From positions 1 through 30,638 of the IMG/VR virus record IMGVR_UViG_3300017903_002428: a stretch of DNA of 30,638 bases, one strand, 5' to 3'. The stretch is from a virus (lineage: Duplodnaviria > Caudoviricetes). The notes under the pieces were generated by a model, which worked only from the letters and a program-made list of their open reading frames with translations, did not search any database and had not been told where the DNA came from. The position numbers and the translations under genes were made by a program. How positions within the stretch are numbered: the first letter of the stretch is position 1; every line of letters starts with the position of its first letter. Shown here one piece after another: positions 26,064-30,638 of this stretch.

Positions 26064-26540
26064 TCATTGCTTGAGCTTGATGGGTTGCCCCACTTGTCTG
26101 TACCAAGAGGGGTTCCAGCCTGGGGCAGTCACAAACTCCACAGGCCTGCCCAAGAAGGTGGTGCCAAGCTCGAGCACACTCACCCCTTGGATGCGATTGA
26201 CAAGGAAAGTCCTCCAGCCGGGCAGGCCGCCTGTGGCTGTGGCGGACTGGGGGTCAACATAGAGGTGCAGATAGGTGCGCCCGTTGGCTCCCTTCCAGAT
26301 GGCATGCGGGTTGCCCACACGCTGCCCCAGTGCACCTGGTGTCCCTTCTGGCTGCCACTTGTCCTTGTAAAAGAAGGTGACCGGCTGCTTGCGCTCGATG
26401 GCCTGCACAAGGTTGCCCATGACCCCACCCTCATAGGAGCGGTAGTAGGCCTGCGCCCGAGTGGCAGGCACTACGGATTTGGGGCGCTGCCCGAACCCGA
26501 ACAGCTGCGCCAGTCTCAGCCTGATGCTTGTGAAGGCCAT
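26064..26540 (-). CDS. Stand-alone WYL-domain protein
   Basis: LVQAIERKQPVTFFY...R..NPHAI.....TYL...WRTFLVNRI matches the WYL consensus (AI...V.F.Y, R...P, YL, R.F...RI). No HTH domain. Confidence 0.75.
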   Translation of the reverse strand: MAFTSIRLRLAQLFGFGQRPKSVVPATRAQAYYRSYEGGVMGNLVQAIERKQPVTFFYKDKWQPEGTPGALGQRVGNPHAIWKGANGRTYLHLYVDPQSATATGGLPGWRTFLVNRIQGVSVLELGTTFLGRPVEFVTAPGWNPSWYRQVGQPIKLKQ

Positions 26541-26549
26541 GGGGTGCCC

Positions 26550-27062
26550 CTATCGGCGCATGCGTTTGGCAAAGTCAAACTCTTCCTCTTCCTCTTCCTC
26601 CACCTCTCCATCCGGCATGATGGTGGTTTCCTCGGTGACCTCCTCAGCCTCAGCAGGGGCATCCAGAAACTCAGCAAAGCCCTTGTCTTTGCTCAGCTGC
26701 AGGAGGGCTGCAGTGATGGCAGTGAGCTCGGCATCACCCTTGATGTCAGACAGCTCCACAGGGAAGGGCTTGCCGTAATCGTCTGCAGCTGCTGCCATCA
26801 TCGAGAGGAAGCGTGCAACATCTGCATCCATCGCCTCCACAGGCCCGCTGTAGCTCTCGGGTGTGAGGTCAAGCCCCATGACCTTGGCTGCTGCTGCAAT
26901 GGCCTTGGTGAGGGCGCTGTAGACCTTGGCCGAGTAGGGGCGCTCCGGGCGCGGCACAAGGTCTGCCATCTCCTCACCGATGAGGGCATCCTGCTGCTCA
27001 GCGATGGCAGCAAGGTCTGCAGGCATGCCCTGTGGGGCTTCTGTGGCGATGACAAGGGGCAT
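26550..27062 (-). CDS. Acidic hypothetical protein in the head module
   Basis: AAGGA SD; typical codon usage; poly-Glu C-terminus. Confidence 0.7.
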   Translation of the reverse strand: MPLVIATEAPQGMPADLAAIAEQQDALIGEEMADLVPRPERPYSAKVYSALTKAIAAAAKVMGLDLTPESYSGPVEAMDADVARFLSMMAAAADDYGKPFPVELSDIKGDAELTAITAALLQLSKDKGFAEFLDAPAEAEEVTEETTIMPDGEVEEEEEEEFDFAKRMRR

Positions 27063-27074
27063 GGGTGGTTTCCT

Positions 27075-28958
27075 TTAGGCCTCAATGACCTTGGCTGTTT
27101 TCTGGCTTTCAATGGCTGCCATGAGTGAATCTGCACTGACTCCGGGGAAGGCAGACTGCAGGGTGACAAGTGCAGCAGTGCTCTCAATGGAACCGTCTGC
27201 AACAGACTTGAGGACATCCATGAAGGCAGCCACCTGCGCACCATTGAGGCCAACAGGCGCTTCAGGTACAGGCTCGGGCGCTGCCTGAGGTGCTGCCTCT
27301 TGTGGTGCCTGACCCTCACCCTGAGGAGCAAGGGGCTGGGGTTCCATGCGCTGAGCAAAGGACTCAGGCAACTGGTAGGTGCGGACGATTTCCGCAAGCA
27401 CTTGCTGGGGGTCTGCCCCAAGCTGCACAAGCAGTGGGGTCAGGCGCTCGAGGGCCTGCTGCTTTGTCAGGTCACTCATGGGCGTAGTGCCTGCATCGAT
27501 GGCCCAGTAGCTGAAGTCTCCGGTGAGGTCATCGGCAGACAGGATGGTGGGGCCTACAGGGTTGGGCAGGCTCAAGGGCTCCGCATCATCCCCCAGCACC
27601 ACAGACAGCATGATGTTGTAGGTCTTGGCAATCGAGGTGATGACTGCATCACGGGTGCGAGCCATGCGCCCCACCTCGCTTGAGGTGTAGGCGGCAAGGA
27701 GCTGCTGTTCGGTGGCTGTGCTCTTTGTCACCTCTCCACGGGTGAAGGGTGCCAGCAGGCCTGCCTGCTCAATGTCTGCCTGCACCGTCTGAGAGTACAG
27801 GGTGATGTCTGCAGGGATGGGCGCCTGAGGCACCGGCATCATGTTCCCCTCGAGGGGTGCGCCGGGTTGCAGGTCTACCTCGATAAACTCCCCATCCATC
27901 CCTTGGGAAATCTTCGCTGCCCCATCCTCGGACAGGAAGCCTGCCCGTACCATCCACTGCCTTGCCATGCGCCGCACACCCTGCGCTTGATAGGTGCGCA
28001 TGACGTTGAGCTCCCTGAACTGGTCAAGGCTGCGCCGGATGAGAGAGTAGCCGCGCAGGGGTGTGTCAGGGTCGCGCGAGAAGTACAGCGGGATGATGGG
28101 CACCACAGGGCGCCCGTTGGCGGACTTGTAGGGAATGCCCGTGGTCTCGTGTTCGATGTCACCCTCAGGGCGCTCAGTGTCTGCAGCTGCTTCCTCATCG
28201 AGGGCGCCCACTTGGACCTGCACACCTTCGAAGAGGTGCGCCTGCCCGGCCTGGTAGTCCGGTGACCAGACCACAAGGGCATCACCCAGCAGGTCATACA
28301 GCTCCACCACCTTGACCCACTGCTCCTCTGGTGGGGTCTGTGTGGGGTCACCCAGCCCAAGCATCTGGTCCTTGCCCGCAATGCCGGTGCTTTCTATCCA
28401 CTTGCTGTAAGCCCGAGACCTGAACTCATCGGGGGTCTTGCTGTACCGCTCGCAGGCCTCGAGGAGGGGCATGAGGTAGACGTGTCCCACATACCGCTGT
28501 TGCTCCCAGCTGGTAGCCGTCGCATCTACGATGACCTCCCATGGGGGCAGGGCTGCGCAGCTCACCCGCTTGAGCGGGTCAGCACTCATCACAGGGGCAA
28601 GCTTAATGAAGCCACAGGGGTAGATGAGGGCAAGGCGCGTGGCATCCTCCACCTGTTCCCGGACTGTGAGCAGGTACTGGTTGGCTGTGGCTTCTGCCAC
28701 CTCAGCGTTGCCACGGCCCCGAATGTCGGGCTGCACCTCGACCGCTGGGTTCTTTGCATACAGGCTGCCCAGATAGGACTCCACCACTGCATAGGCCTTG
28801 GGCACCTCAGTGCGCAGGATGCCATCGAGGTTGGGCTGCTGCGTCTGGAAGAAGCGAGTCATGTACAGGTTGCGCAGCTCGCGGAGCTCATCGCGCCTGC
28901 CATCCCAGTAGAGGTCATGCTGCTCACAGATAGACTGGCACTGCTCAGGGGTCAGCAT
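27075..28958 (-). CDS. Portal protein
   Basis: 627 aa immediately after terL. P22/T7-like portal features (SLY.KNP, G.IKL, RG....TATE..L, I.AG...P) and a Pro/Gln-rich tail. Confidence 0.85.
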   Translation of the reverse strand: MLTPEQCQSICEQHDLYWDGRRDELRELRNLYMTRFFQTQQPNLDGILRTEVPKAYAVVESYLGSLYAKNPAVEVQPDIRGRGNAEVAEATANQYLLTVREQVEDATRLALIYPCGFIKLAPVMSADPLKRVSCAALPPWEVIVDATATSWEQQRYVGHVYLMPLLEACERYSKTPDEFRSRAYSKWIESTGIAGKDQMLGLGDPTQTPPEEQWVKVVELYDLLGDALVVWSPDYQAGQAHLFEGVQVQVGALDEEAAADTERPEGDIEHETTGIPYKSANGRPVVPIIPLYFSRDPDTPLRGYSLIRRSLDQFRELNVMRTYQAQGVRRMARQWMVRAGFLSEDGAAKISQGMDGEFIEVDLQPGAPLEGNMMPVPQAPIPADITLYSQTVQADIEQAGLLAPFTRGEVTKSTATEQQLLAAYTSSEVGRMARTRDAVITSIAKTYNIMLSVVLGDDAEPLSLPNPVGPTILSADDLTGDFSYWAIDAGTTPMSDLTKQQALERLTPLLVQLGADPQQVLAEIVRTYQLPESFAQRMEPQPLAPQGEGQAPQEAAPQAAPEPVPEAPVGLNGAQVAAFMDVLKSVADGSIESTAALVTLQSAFPGVSADSLMAAIESQKTAKVIEA

Positions 28959-28966
28959 GGATACTC

Positions 28967-30517
28967 TCAGAAGGGCAGGTTGTGGGAGCGGATGCGCCGT
29001 GCACGGCTCGCCTGTATCAGGTCATCGATCCGGGTTCTGCCCGATTGTAGCGCATGGGTGCGCCATGATGACGGAATATCGCGCAGGCAGCGGTATCCTA
29101 ACGCCATGGCCATGGCGCTGTCATCATGTGCGCCCTTGGGAGCTTCCGGCGCTATCTTTCCTGCAGGGATGGTGAGGCTGCGCAGCTCCATCCAGGTCAC
29201 CCGGTCCATCACCTTGATTACCTGCAAGCTCTCGCGCAGGGTGTCAAAGGCCTCGAGCTTTGACTGCAGGGTGGTCACCCATGGCTTCTGCTGGGGGCTG
29301 CGCCACTGCTGCCGATAGCCACAGTGCGACACCTCGAGCAGGAAGGCATGCCCATGGTTGTTGCTCTCGGCAAGCATCAGGGCGCTGTTGTATCTGGTGG
29401 CCACCTGGATGCATCTGTGCGCCCATGCAGCAGGGGTCACCCTGTTGTTCCTCTCGGTGTACACCGGCTGCATGGTGCTGACCGAGATGACGCACAGGGC
29501 GCTGTAATCGCCTCCCACTCCGCCCCCGATGTCGACGCCCATGACGTAGCGATCGTGCGGGTGGGGCGCCTCCACCTCTCGCCCATGCCTGCTGCCGTGC
29601 AGCTCATGCTCGATGACGTGGATACCTTGCAGCACCTCCTCACCGTAGTACCCACCCTCCCTGCCAAGGAAGCAGTCATCGAGGCAGGCAGGGTACTCGC
29701 GCCGAAACTTGTAGGGGCCAAGAGTGGCAAGGTAGCGCCTGCGCCATGCAAGCTGCCCGTCTGACAGCCCGTAGGCCTTGACCAGCTCCTCCTCACCCTC
29801 AGTGTGCTCAAACTCCACAGGCTGGGGGTCTGCATACTTTGGCTCCTCCTGCCACCAGTGGGTGATGAGGTGCCAGCCATTCTCTGGTGCCCCTGCGATG
29901 AGCTCGCTGAAGCGGTCACCCGGATTGTTGGCTGTGCTCTCAATCATCAGCAGCCCATCACCCACAGCAGACAGCGCCTGTGCAAGCAGCTCCTCTTGGT
30001 CAAGGGCAAAGGCAAACTCAGACAGCAGCACAGCCTTGGGGCTGAAGCTGCGCAGGCCTGTGCTTGACCTCGAGGTGAAGGCCTTGAGGGTGGCCCCTGT
30101 GTCTGCAAGGCGCAGCTCACCCTTTGCCCGTGTGTCGAGCTGTCGCTGCAGCATCTTGGGCGGGTGGTGCATCCACCTCCTGTTGTCATCGAGGAGGGCA
30201 GTGGCAGACTCGGCCCGTAGGGACACAAGGGCAAACAGGGCACTGGTGGGGGTTGCCATCCACTGCTGATGCAGCACCATCTTGCAAGCTGTGGTGGCTG
30301 CCACCTGCCTTGCCTTGATGCAGATGATGCGTTTGTACCCTCGCTTGACAGCGTCGAATATTTTGACCTGCATGGGCAGCGGGTGGAACGGTATCTCCTG
30401 CTTGCTGTCCTTGTGCTGCACTCGATGCAAGCGGCAGAACAGGGCAGGGTCACCTACGAGGCCTGTGACCTCGGGGTGAAGCTCAGGAGGGATGTGCGCC
30501 GGTATGTATGTGGTCAT
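28967..30517 (-). CDS. terL: Terminase large subunit
   Basis: Q motif (PMQ), KARQVAATT Walker A variant, LLSEFAF Walker B, ESTAN coupling motif, nuclease MGVDIG and HDD..MA. Start at MTTY (ATGA overlap with the methylase). Confidence 0.95.
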   Translation of the reverse strand: MTTYIPAHIPPELHPEVTGLVGDPALFCRLHRVQHKDSKQEIPFHPLPMQVKIFDAVKRGYKRIICIKARQVAATTACKMVLHQQWMATPTSALFALVSLRAESATALLDDNRRWMHHPPKMLQRQLDTRAKGELRLADTGATLKAFTSRSSTGLRSFSPKAVLLSEFAFALDQEELLAQALSAVGDGLLMIESTANNPGDRFSELIAGAPENGWHLITHWWQEEPKYADPQPVEFEHTEGEEELVKAYGLSDGQLAWRRRYLATLGPYKFRREYPACLDDCFLGREGGYYGEEVLQGIHVIEHELHGSRHGREVEAPHPHDRYVMGVDIGGGVGGDYSALCVISVSTMQPVYTERNNRVTPAAWAHRCIQVATRYNSALMLAESNNHGHAFLLEVSHCGYRQQWRSPQQKPWVTTLQSKLEAFDTLRESLQVIKVMDRVTWMELRSLTIPAGKIAPEAPKGAHDDSAMAMALGYRCLRDIPSSWRTHALQSGRTRIDDLIQASRARRIRSHNLPF

Positions 30518-30638
30518 GCCGCGCCCCATGGAAAGACCCTCTGCCCACCATCTGACAGTCTTGGCAGCCTGTTGGTCCAGATGACCTCTGAAGACCGCTT
30601 GCCACCGTTCTTGCTGGGATTGCCTTGAATAGTGGCAA
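30498..30638. repeat. Terminal direct repeat, copy 2
   Basis: Identical to 1-141. Confidence 0.95.

Noticed and set aside
30290-30320. Inactive terminase because Walker A reads KARQVAATT
   Set aside because: All other ATPase and nuclease motifs are intact and terminase Walker A is known to vary.

Overview
The window is a complete, circularly assembled genome of a tailed dsDNA phage. Bases 1-141 are repeated exactly at 30498-30638, giving a 30,497-bp unit. It is GC-rich (about 60-65% by eye) and has two opposed transcription blocks separated by a repeat-rich control region at about 1060-1470. The + strand (1480-7390) carries early and replication genes: small ORFs, an RHH-like regulator, an AEP/RepB primase fused to a VapE helicase, ERF, a wHTH protein, a RuvC-like protein, a RecE/DUF3799-like exonuclease and SSB. 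The - strand (1056 across the junction to 7363) carries a candidate terS, an N6-adenine methylase, terL, portal, a stand-alone WYL protein, scaffold, major capsid, cement, podovirus-type adaptor, nozzle and ejection proteins, and an M15 endolysin flanked by small basic proteins. No integrase, DNA polymerase, tape measure, tRNA or CRISPR array was recognised. The most striking signal is a possible RNA-based translational switch. Nine genes share a stereotyped start region, (GA)GAGGACA-N2/5-ATG, and the 3' UTR of the capsid/cement transcript folds into a hairpin whose 13-nt loop is complementary to that motif. Other notable features are a structured capsid leader, a synonymously TA-enriched patch in the capsid gene, and a concentric 172-bp palindrome in the control region. 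All functional calls come from motif recognition by eye; no database searches were run.
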